Of a stretch of 64,000 bases of DNA, positions 47,895 to 55,788 are shown one piece after another. Source of the stretch: a bacterium (GTDB taxonomy: Bacteria; Vulcanimicrobiota; Xenobia; Xenobiales; JADMJV01). The position numbers and the translations under genes are program-made. The stretch is from contig JAFEBA010000042.1 in NCBI GenBank assembly GCA_018266105.1, positions 22,216 to 86,215 on the forward strand. The letters run 5' to 3'. The notes under the pieces are model-generated. The model was not told the origin of the DNA and made no database searches. It was given only the letters and a program-made list of their open reading frames with translations. Positions within the stretch are counted from its first letter, which is position 1. Every line of letters begins with the position of its first letter.

Positions 47895-48548
47895 ATGAAC
47901 TTCGGCACCATCAACATCTCAGGCGGCGTTTTCAATGGGAACGGCGCCTTCGGCGGCAACCAGGTTCGCGGCAGCGGCAAAGTCGTCGAGGAGCAGCGTG
48001 AAATCGCCGAGCACTTCGACCAGGTAGCCCTGAATGGCTCGGTGGATGTGGAAGTGGTGGCCGGAAAGTCGACCACCGGGGTCAAGGTCCAGGCGGATGA
48101 CAACATTCTGGCACTGGTCAAAACCCGGGTCGAAGATGGTGTTCTCCACGTTAATACAGAAGGGTCCTACAGCACCCAGAACGGACCCAAAGTCCTGGTC
48201 GAGCTCGATCACTCTCTGGTTGGGGCCGCCCTGAACGGCTCGGGTGACCTTAAAATCAGCGGGCAGATTGGCGATCGCTTCGCCGCCAGCCTGATGGGCT
48301 CAGGCGATCTGAGCATGAGTGGCCATGTGGCCAGCCTGGAACTCAGTTCCATGGGTTCAGGAGACTTCAACGGCCGCGGCCTGGTGGCCGATCAGGCCAG
48401 CTTACGCTGCATGGGTAGCGGCGATGCAACCGTTCACGCCGATCGCAGCCTCAATGTCCAGCTGATGGGCTCGGGCGACTGCTATTACTCGGGCAGCCCC
48501 CGAGTGACCAAGTCCATTCTGGGCAGCGGCGAACTCGAGCAGCTCTAG
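47895..48548 (+). CDS. DUF2807 / head GIN domain-like beta-helical protein
   Basis: Five GSGD repeats (GSGDLKISG, GSGDLSMSG, GSGDFNGRG, GSGDATVHA, GSGDCYYSG). No signal peptide. Confidence 0.7.
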   Translation: MNFGTINISGGVFNGNGAFGGNQVRGSGKVVEEQREIAEHFDQVALNGSVDVEVVAGKSTTGVKVQADDNILALVKTRVEDGVLHVNTEGSYSTQNGPKVLVELDHSLVGAALNGSGDLKISGQIGDRFAASLMGSGDLSMSGHVASLELSSMGSGDFNGRGLVADQASLRCMGSGDATVHADRSLNVQLMGSGDCYYSGSPRVTKSILGSGELEQL

Positions 48549-48782
48549 TTCGGCCGCCTTTAGCGCGGATACAGCCGCAGCGACCCGCCTGGAAAAACAC
48601 GATCACTCTTCCCTTTCCGTCAGGAACCGCGTAATCCGAGAAGACCTCGCCAGCCTGAGCATTCCTCCCCTCCCTTTTGACGCAGCTTTGACGCTAAATG
48701 AGCGTGACCATGCTAATTTCAGAATTCGTTCAGGCCCGTCGAATAAATCTCGGCACACACATACAGACAAAGAGGGAAGATC

Positions 48783-49829
48783 GTGAACATCCAATCCACA
48801 CAAAACCGCTTTCAGCCCCCAGCTCCAAAACCGGCGACTCCCGAGCCGGACAAAATACCACCTCTGGACGTGGTCGCTATCGGCGCTCTGGACACCGGAA
48901 CGGGATGGACCGGAATCAATAAGCCCATCCGCGTGACCGACCCCAAGGATCCGAACTCGGCTTACGTAGCCAAGAATAATACCGACGGTGCATTCATCAG
49001 CCTTCATCCCCACCACGATACACGCAAAGACAATATCACCGAAATTGTGATGTCGCACATCGTGGCTGACGAATTTAAAATGCCCTCGCTCACCTTTCGT
49101 GAAGGCAACCTGGTCACACCCGATGGACGCAAATCGCAGGTCGTGCTCAGCCCCTTGCGCACCGACTTCAAAACCCTCGAGCACGTGGCCGTGGAAGAGA
49201 TCAAGGACGGCGACCAGGCCGTGGCCTTAACCGTGCTTCAAGGGGGCCTGCTGGGCGACTGGGACTCCACCTTTAACGACAGCAACCTTTGGGTTCGCAA
49301 CGACGGGGTCGCAATGGGGGCCGATTATGGCTACGCCGGCAAACCGGGCATCAGCTGCCTGGGCGTGCCTTTCGCCAACATCAAAATTATGAAGGCTTTT
49401 GCCAATCGCGAAAACGTCACCAGCATCAGCGACCGCATCAAGAATCTCAGCGATGAAGAGATTCAGGCTATGGTGGAACGCCAGGGCAGCAAGTGGATTC
49501 GGGACTGGAATCCTCAGATCTCCAAAGAACTTTCCGATAACCTCATTTCCAATCGCAACCGGATGCGCCAGCACAACCCGTTTCTAAAATACGTAGAGGG
49601 CTTCCATCCGGGCCTCAAAGGTCCACTGCTGCATTCCAAATATCCAGCTTTCTTCTGGAAATGCAGCCAGGCTGAGGCGCCGCCCTTGAACCGACCGGAC
49701 CAATGGCTGGACGTACTGATTGCCGTGAGCAAATACAAAAAATCCGAGACCATGGCGAAATTCTTCACCTACATGCGGTCCCAGGTGCAGTCGCCTGAAG
49801 AGAAGGCGGCTGAGGCCAAAAAGGGTTAA
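48783..49829 (+). CDS. atypical protein-kinase-fold protein (hypothetical)
   Basis: GTG start 6-7 nt after AGAGGGA. Candidate kinase landmarks in the right order: AYVAKNN (beta3 Lys), EIVMSHIV (alphaC Glu), LLGDWDSTFNDSNLWV (D-x-D...N catalytic loop), GADYGYAG (DFG-like). Confidence 0.6.
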   Translation: MNIQSTQNRFQPPAPKPATPEPDKIPPLDVVAIGALDTGTGWTGINKPIRVTDPKDPNSAYVAKNNTDGAFISLHPHHDTRKDNITEIVMSHIVADEFKMPSLTFREGNLVTPDGRKSQVVLSPLRTDFKTLEHVAVEEIKDGDQAVALTVLQGGLLGDWDSTFNDSNLWVRNDGVAMGADYGYAGKPGISCLGVPFANIKIMKAFANRENVTSISDRIKNLSDEEIQAMVERQGSKWIRDWNPQISKELSDNLISNRNRMRQHNPFLKYVEGFHPGLKGPLLHSKYPAFFWKCSQAEAPPLNRPDQWLDVLIAVSKYKKSETMAKFFTYMRSQVQSPEEKAAEAKKG

Positions 49830-52123
49830 TGCAAATGCACATCACGCGCCTGACCAACCCCAGCCTGCCTCTCCGACGACTGCCCGCGCCCGCTCCCGGG
49901 TCGACCGACAAGGTCGAGCTGGGTGGAAGAACGACTCCCCTCGAACTGATCAAGGCACAGATCCCCTGCCCCAGACAGGATCCCAAAGATCCTCGCTTTG
50001 GCCTGGCCTGCTCAGCTTTCCTTCGCCCCGATCCCTTCTTTAGCGAGACCACCCGGTTGGTGGTGCACGCCGGGCGAACCGGCAACAACCCCAATGGGGT
50101 GATCGAGCTGCCGACTAGCAAACTGAACATGATTGCCACCGATCAGCTTCTCAGCCGAAAGGACCAGGTGCTGCTTGGTTTCGGCAGTCCGCGAGTGAGC
50201 CTGCTCATTCCCGGCCAGAATGGCTACCAGCGTCTCCAATCGTCACCGTTCTTTAGCAAGAAGTCACGTATCATTTCGGGCGAGACCATTCAGTCCGGGG
50301 TCTTCATCCGACCCCGCAACCTGCCAGCCGAGGCATTGCAGGCCTTGACCAAAGCCATGAACGAGCAGGTCGGCCAACGCAGCATCAGCTCGGCCAGGGC
50401 CAATGCCGAAGTGCTCAGCCAGGCGGGGTTCACCTCAGGTGGACGCAAGCTGAGCGGAAAGCTGCTGCCCTTTCGGCTCTTTCGCCAGATCGCGCAAAAG
50501 GGGCTCGAATTTCAGGGCCGGCCGGTTGCCTTCGACATCATCAGCACCAATAATAAAAGCCTGGACGACCACTTCCGCAAGGTCATCGGTCAGGAGCTGC
50601 ATAGTCCCTTTGACCCAAAGGTGGATCCGGAGGTCCCGGCTCCCAACGCGACCAACGCCTACCCAGATCCCTGTCAGCCTTCCGACCCTAACGCCCCTCA
50701 GGTGCGCATCCGCAATTCTCGGCCGGGCCTGGTTGGCAGTAGCCTGCGCTCGCTGCTGGGTGCCCACATCCTGTGGGAAGCTTTGCCCGACCCTAAGCTG
50801 GCTGACATCAACCAGTTTCTTCCTCAAGTGCTCAAGGACAAATTCCACGACGACAAGCCCCTGACGCGCGGAGAGAAGATCAAGTCCATCATCTTCAAAC
50901 CGGCGGTGGTCAGCTTCTTGCGCAAAAACATGGCCAAAGCCTTTGATGATGGGGGTCAGTTCGCCCCCAGACAGCTTGCCTCGATGCTTCGGGTTGCCGG
51001 TGAGGGTGAAGAGGTCCAGGCCGATTCCAAGGGGCGCATCAAATACAACCTGGTGATCTGCGGAGATCAGTCTCCGCGGGGAACGCACATCACCATCGCT
51101 CGCCTGAACGTCAAAAACAACGACTCGAAGGCCGATGATGTGCTCTCCAAACATGTACTGCTGGCCGGCTATGATCCGGATGTTCGCTTTGCCGGCGAAT
51201 GCTGGGCCGAACGCTACTCTCAATCTGACGGCAGCCAGGCCGTGCGCATCCACGTCAACAACAACTCGGGAACCTACCGTCCCAATGGACAGCAGGCGCA
51301 GGCCGCTGGCGAATTTCTGCGCAAGGCTCTACCGGGAGTGGAGATCGTGGTTCATGAGACCACCCCTCCCCCACCCACCGGCAAGCCCGATTACCTGCGC
51401 ACCTATGCGGTCTCGCCAGACCAGGCCACCGCCTTGCGAGGTCTGGCCGGCCAGAAGGTGACGCTCAACGGCGAGGAATACAAAATCCATCAGTTCAAGA
51501 CGGTCGAGTTCGATACCGAATTCTATGACACAGGCGACCGCAAATTGCTTAACGGTGGCGGAATGCTTCGCTCCCGCACCCGCTATAAGCCAGGCACCGA
51601 CCAGGTCAAAACCATCGACATCGAATCCAAACTGCCGCCGGCTCAGCCAGGTCCTTTTCAAGACCGGGCCAAGGGGTTTAGCTTTGACTCCATGGAGGAG
51701 TGGAAGGCCCACCAAACCTGGGTTCTCAGTCCGGAAAGCACGGACGAAGCCGTGGGCTTCGCTCGAACCATGGCGGGTGATGGTCGGCTGGAGGCGGTGG
51801 CTTGCAAGCACTCCATGCGGGAACTGTTCCTGTTAACTCCCAGTCAGCGCTGGTTCGGCTTTTTCAAGCCCCAGTTCATCCTCAGTCTGGACACCAACAG
51901 CATGCGCGCCCCGGGCCTGCCACGCCCTCAGCAGCCGGGAGCGGACACCTACCAAGTGCTCACCCCCCAGGCATTCACAAAACTGCCCTGGACCAAAAAG
52001 GTCGAACCAGAGCGAATCGATCAGCTCAATGACCTGTGTCGGCAGCTCTCACAAAAATTCCAACTCCAGGAGGTGGGCATGTCCCCTTACGCTGAGGGCA
52101 TGGCTCACTGGAAGAAAGGCTAA
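49829..52123 (+). CDS. large hypothetical protein (764 aa) with CYTH-like C-terminal region
   Basis: The ATG overlaps the upstream stop (TAATG). The C-terminal ~230 aa contain VEFDTEFYDTGDRKLLNGGGMLRSRTRYK, resembling the CYTH beta-strand pattern (D.Y.DT....L...g..LR.R). The N-terminal and central regions are unassigned. Confidence 0.65.
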   Translation: MQMHITRLTNPSLPLRRLPAPAPGSTDKVELGGRTTPLELIKAQIPCPRQDPKDPRFGLACSAFLRPDPFFSETTRLVVHAGRTGNNPNGVIELPTSKLNMIATDQLLSRKDQVLLGFGSPRVSLLIPGQNGYQRLQSSPFFSKKSRIISGETIQSGVFIRPRNLPAEALQALTKAMNEQVGQRSISSARANAEVLSQAGFTSGGRKLSGKLLPFRLFRQIAQKGLEFQGRPVAFDIISTNNKSLDDHFRKVIGQELHSPFDPKVDPEVPAPNATNAYPDPCQPSDPNAPQVRIRNSRPGLVGSSLRSLLGAHILWEALPDPKLADINQFLPQVLKDKFHDDKPLTRGEKIKSIIFKPAVVSFLRKNMAKAFDDGGQFAPRQLASMLRVAGEGEEVQADSKGRIKYNLVICGDQSPRGTHITIARLNVKNNDSKADDVLSKHVLLAGYDPDVRFAGECWAERYSQSDGSQAVRIHVNNNSGTYRPNGQQAQAAGEFLRKALPGVEIVVHETTPPPPTGKPDYLRTYAVSPDQATALRGLAGQKVTLNGEEYKIHQFKTVEFDTEFYDTGDRKLLNGGGMLRSRTRYKPGTDQVKTIDIESKLPPAQPGPFQDRAKGFSFDSMEEWKAHQTWVLSPESTDEAVGFARTMAGDGRLEAVACKHSMRELFLLTPSQRWFGFFKPQFILSLDTNSMRAPGLPRPQQPGADTYQVLTPQAFTKLPWTKKVEPERIDQLNDLCRQLSQKFQLQEVGMSPYAEGMAHWKKG

Positions 52124-52127
52124 GACC

Positions 52128-53450
52128 ATGAAGATTCAATCACTGCCGCCTGTCCGGCCACTGCCCCAAATCAGCATCCTGCATTCCCCCCAACCAGTGA
52201 GCTCGGACGAATATCAGCCCGGCCCCCGCGAACGCTGCAAAAGCGCCATTGGCAAACTGGGCGCCGGAATCGGTCTGACCGGGATCGGTGGCCTGGGCTA
52301 CGCAATGGGCGCGGCCATCGGGCACCCACTGGCCGGCAGCCTGGTGGGCGGAGCGCTGGGCACCGTCATCGGAACCCTGGTTGGCCACAAACTGGCCGAC
52401 AAACTGCATCCGGCAGGCAAGCAACCCCTGAAGTCCAGCCAATGGACCGACCCCACCCCGAGCACTTCGGAGAGCGTGGCCGCTATGAAAGCCGGCATCA
52501 GCGAGTTGCAAAATACCCTGCTGGCCTCGGGCCAGATATCCAAACTGGACCGGGGATTCCACCAGAAACAAAACTGGGGAGGCAAAGCCCACATCGAGTT
52601 TAATGCCGACCTGGCCCCTGAACTGCGCTCGGGCTTGCTGGCCAATCTGGCCGGCCAATCTGTGACCAGCGCCGTGCGCTTTTCGAACGGTCAGGGCTGC
52701 CCCTTTCACGACTCCAAGGCCGACGCTCGCGGTATGGCCGTGAAGATGAATGTCGACGGTCAGCAGGCCGATCTGCTGGCTACCGACCACATCACCTTTG
52801 CTCGCAACCCCGTGCAATTTATGAAGTTCGCCAAGGTGGCGGCCCTGATGCAGACCAAAGGGCCGCTGTCCGCTCTGGGTGCGGTCATCCGCAACACCGT
52901 GCACGGTGACTTTAAGGCAGCCGAGGCTCTGAGGATCATGGCGACCCTGATCCGCGACACCAGCGGCGGCATTGAGCATCCGGCCGCCAAGACCTACTGG
53001 ACTCAGGCCCTTCATGTGGGCGACCTGACCGGTCGCTTTGTGTTCAGCCCCGAAAGTGGGGCCAACACAAAGCCTCCCCGCTTCGGCAAAGACCCCAACT
53101 ACTTGCGCAAAAACATGGAGACGGATCTCTCACATGGACCGGTCTCGATGAAGATCGGGTTCGAAGCCTTCACCGAAGACAGTGCCTCCCGCGACGCTTC
53201 GCAGCACGGCCAACACATCACCCTGCCGGTCGGCCGGCTGGTCATCGAGCAGCGCCCGTCGCAAGGACGTGAGGCCGAGGAGCAACTGGTATCGAGGATG
53301 CAGTTCAACCCGGCCAACGGCTTTGATATGGCCGGGCCCTTGAACGAAAGCAACCGAGCTGAAATCTATCGACAGAGCGCGACCAATCGAGGCGCCCTGG
53401 ACTGGTCCGCCCCGGAAGTTCAACAATTTTTTGCAAAGAAGGCCCCATAA
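52128..53450 (+). CDS. catalase-related haemoprotein (mini-catalase) with N-terminal glycine-zipper segment
   Basis: ATG 8-9 nt after GAAAGG. Catalase landmarks in order: RGFHQKQ (distal His), AVRFSNGQG, DARGMAVKM, NRAEIYRQSATNRG (proximal Tyr). N-terminal GAGIGLTGIGGLGYAMGAAIGHPLAGSLVGGALGTVIGTLVG. Confidence 0.8.
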   Translation: MKIQSLPPVRPLPQISILHSPQPVSSDEYQPGPRERCKSAIGKLGAGIGLTGIGGLGYAMGAAIGHPLAGSLVGGALGTVIGTLVGHKLADKLHPAGKQPLKSSQWTDPTPSTSESVAAMKAGISELQNTLLASGQISKLDRGFHQKQNWGGKAHIEFNADLAPELRSGLLANLAGQSVTSAVRFSNGQGCPFHDSKADARGMAVKMNVDGQQADLLATDHITFARNPVQFMKFAKVAALMQTKGPLSALGAVIRNTVHGDFKAAEALRIMATLIRDTSGGIEHPAAKTYWTQALHVGDLTGRFVFSPESGANTKPPRFGKDPNYLRKNMETDLSHGPVSMKIGFEAFTEDSASRDASQHGQHITLPVGRLVIEQRPSQGREAEEQLVSRMQFNPANGFDMAGPLNESNRAEIYRQSATNRGALDWSAPEVQQFFAKKAP

Positions 53451-53451
53451 C

Positions 53452-55788
53452 GTGTTGATCACCACCAGCTCACCCGCCCGTTTGCCCCGGGCCCAGAAAG
53501 CCTTGGAAGAAAACCGCCTGCAAGATGCGGTGGATCTGCTAGAGCAGGCAGGAGCGGACCCCAGTGGTCAGAGTCAGGCCATGCTGGGGACGGCCCTCTT
53601 CCGTCAGGAAAAATATGAGCAAGCCTGTCTCCAGTACCAGGCCGCGCTGAGTAGAGACCCTCACAACGCAATCCTCAAGAACCAGTTGACGCTGGCTGAA
53701 CAGAACCGCCGCTCAAGGGTCGACCAGGATGTGTCCCGCAATGCCGTGCCGGCGCCCAACAAGCCGATCGAGCCCCGCCCAGGTCAAGGCTTCAGCAGAG
53801 TCGGGCAGGCCTTCGTGGAGCCACCCGTGCAAGGCCTCTTGCCCCGGCTGGGTCGGCTGGGCAAGGGTCTGGTCAAGACGGCAGGCTACGCCGCCGGAGC
53901 GGCCATTGGTGGCGTGCTGGGATTAGCCTCGCGGGTCTTCGGGCAACCGGAGAAAGGCGAAATGTGGACCACCTGGTCTCGGAAAAACCAGGTGAAGGGC
54001 CTGATGATGCTGGCCGAGATGCGCCGCAACCTCAACCAGAAGAATCTTTTCCACACCTATCCTGAGGGCGTGCTCACTGGCTTTGCCCGACCTGGCATGG
54101 AAGCTCCCGAATGGACACGATGGGCCCGCACCGCTGACGGCAGCTGGAACAACCCCGCAGACCCCCTGGAGGGGGCGGCTCTGACACGCTTCGGCCGCAA
54201 CATCAACCCAGAGCTGTGCAAAGTGGACGAAGCCAATCTGCTCACCCCCAATCCCCGGGAAATCAGCCGCCTGCTCATGACCCGCGATGAAGGCTTCAAA
54301 GCCGTGCCCTTTCTCAACATGATGGCTGCCGCCTGGATCCAGTTTCAAAACCACGACTGGGTCAGCCACGGCGACAACAATACCAACGAATTCTACGAAA
54401 TCCCGCTGGCACCAGACGATCCCGCACGCCAACGCCTCCATATGACGCACATGTTTGTACCCAAGACCAGTACTGACCCCCTGCGCCAGGCGGGCGAGAA
54501 GATTGCCGCGCCCGTGCACGTCAATGAAGTGACTCACTGGTGGGACGGCTCTCAGATCTATGGCAGCGACCTGGACACCCAGCAGAGTCTGCGTTCGCAC
54601 AAGGACGGTAAACTGACCCTGACCGAGGATGGTCGCCTGCCTGTGGACAGCCAGGGGGTGGAAAAGACCGGATTTCGCCGTAACTGGTGGGTCGGACTCT
54701 CCCTGCTGCACACGCTGTTCAGCCGCGAGCACAACGCCATCTGCGACATGCTCAGACAAAATCACCCGGATTGGGACGATGAAAAGCTTTTCCAAACGGC
54801 CCGGCTGATCAATGCAGCGGTGATGGCCAAGATCCACACGGTGGAATGGACACCAGCGGTGCTCCCAAACAAGACCTTGAACACGGCTATGAACGCGAAC
54901 TGGTACGGTGCCGCCACCAAATGGCTGCGCCACCCCGACCAGCGACAGACGGTGGCCAAATTTGATCTGCACGAAGAGATTTCAGGTGGCCTGGTAGGTG
55001 GACCCCTGGAGAAACACGGAGTTCCCGAATCACGCACCGAGGAGTTCACCTCGGTCTATCGTTTGCACCCGCTTCTTCCAGAGAGCCTGGAATTACGTCG
55101 AATTGGGGCCACCGGTCCGGCCGAACAGGTCCCGCTGGCCCAGACCCGTCAGAAAGCCTCACATGAACTGACCGACAAAGAGAACATGGCCGATCTGCTC
55201 AATAGTTTCGGCATTCAGTCTCCCGGTCAGTTGGTGCTGAACAATTACCCGCAGGCGCTCCAAGATCTGTCCGTCCCCGGTTTTGCCTTTTTTGACCTGG
55301 CGGCCGTGGATATTCTTCGGGACCGTGAAAGAGGCGTTCCGCGCTATAACGAATTCCGTCGACAGCTGCAACTGCAGCCGATCCACAGCTTCGACGATAT
55401 CAGTGACGACCCCAAGGTGGTGGAAAAGCTCAAAGCCGTCTACGGCGAGGATGTGGAGAAGCTGGATCTGCTGGTGGGCACCCTGGCCGAAGGCCATCGC
55501 CCGGAGAACTTTGGTTTTGGTGAGACCCTTTTCCAGGTTTTCATTCTCAACGCCAGCCGACGACTGCAGGACGATCGATTCTACACCACCGACTACAACG
55601 CGGCCACCTATACCCAGGAGGGTCTGGACTGGATCGACCAGGCCAGCATGAAGAGCGTACTGTTGCGCCACCACCCCGACCTGGCCGGCACCGGCCTGAA
55701 GAACGTGACCAATGCCTTTGAACCCTGGGATACGGGCGAGCTGGCCAAGGACCCGGGACGCCACCCACTAAACCAGTACAAGGCTTGA
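53452..55788 (+). CDS. animal-haem-peroxidase superfamily protein of the fatty-acid dioxygenase type (COX / alpha-DOX / LDS-like)
   Basis: GTG start 9 nt after GAAGG; an alternative TTG at 53431 would overlap the upstream gene. AAWIQFQNHDWVSH (distal His), FSREHNAICD, AKIHTVEWTP, TSVYRLHPLLPE (Tyr-x-x-His), RDRERGVPRYNEFR. N-terminal TPR-like helices and a Gly-rich hydrophobic segment. Confidence 0.9.
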   Translation: MLITTSSPARLPRAQKALEENRLQDAVDLLEQAGADPSGQSQAMLGTALFRQEKYEQACLQYQAALSRDPHNAILKNQLTLAEQNRRSRVDQDVSRNAVPAPNKPIEPRPGQGFSRVGQAFVEPPVQGLLPRLGRLGKGLVKTAGYAAGAAIGGVLGLASRVFGQPEKGEMWTTWSRKNQVKGLMMLAEMRRNLNQKNLFHTYPEGVLTGFARPGMEAPEWTRWARTADGSWNNPADPLEGAALTRFGRNINPELCKVDEANLLTPNPREISRLLMTRDEGFKAVPFLNMMAAAWIQFQNHDWVSHGDNNTNEFYEIPLAPDDPARQRLHMTHMFVPKTSTDPLRQAGEKIAAPVHVNEVTHWWDGSQIYGSDLDTQQSLRSHKDGKLTLTEDGRLPVDSQGVEKTGFRRNWWVGLSLLHTLFSREHNAICDMLRQNHPDWDDEKLFQTARLINAAVMAKIHTVEWTPAVLPNKTLNTAMNANWYGAATKWLRHPDQRQTVAKFDLHEEISGGLVGGPLEKHGVPESRTEEFTSVYRLHPLLPESLELRRIGATGPAEQVPLAQTRQKASHELTDKENMADLLNSFGIQSPGQLVLNNYPQALQDLSVPGFAFFDLAAVDILRDRERGVPRYNEFRRQLQLQPIHSFDDISDDPKVVEKLKAVYGEDVEKLDLLVGTLAEGHRPENFGFGETLFQVFILNASRRLQDDRFYTTDYNAATYTQEGLDWIDQASMKSVLLRHHPDLAGTGLKNVTNAFEPWDTGELAKDPGRHPLNQYKA

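Noticed and set aside
48603-49184. 193-aa minus-strand ORF spanning the promoter region and 5' end of the kinase-like gene
   Set aside because: It has no motif, is antisense to a gene with good RBS and start context, and crosses an AT-rich intergenic region.
50435-51253. 272-aa minus-strand ORF. Similar long antisense ORFs occur at 5702..6676, 16848..17888, 52140..53015, 53923..54972, 55159..55764 and 59662..60261.
   Set aside because: All lie antisense within genes that have strong domain evidence. Their translations are Arg/Gly/Ala-rich without motifs. I judged them non-coding shadow frames.
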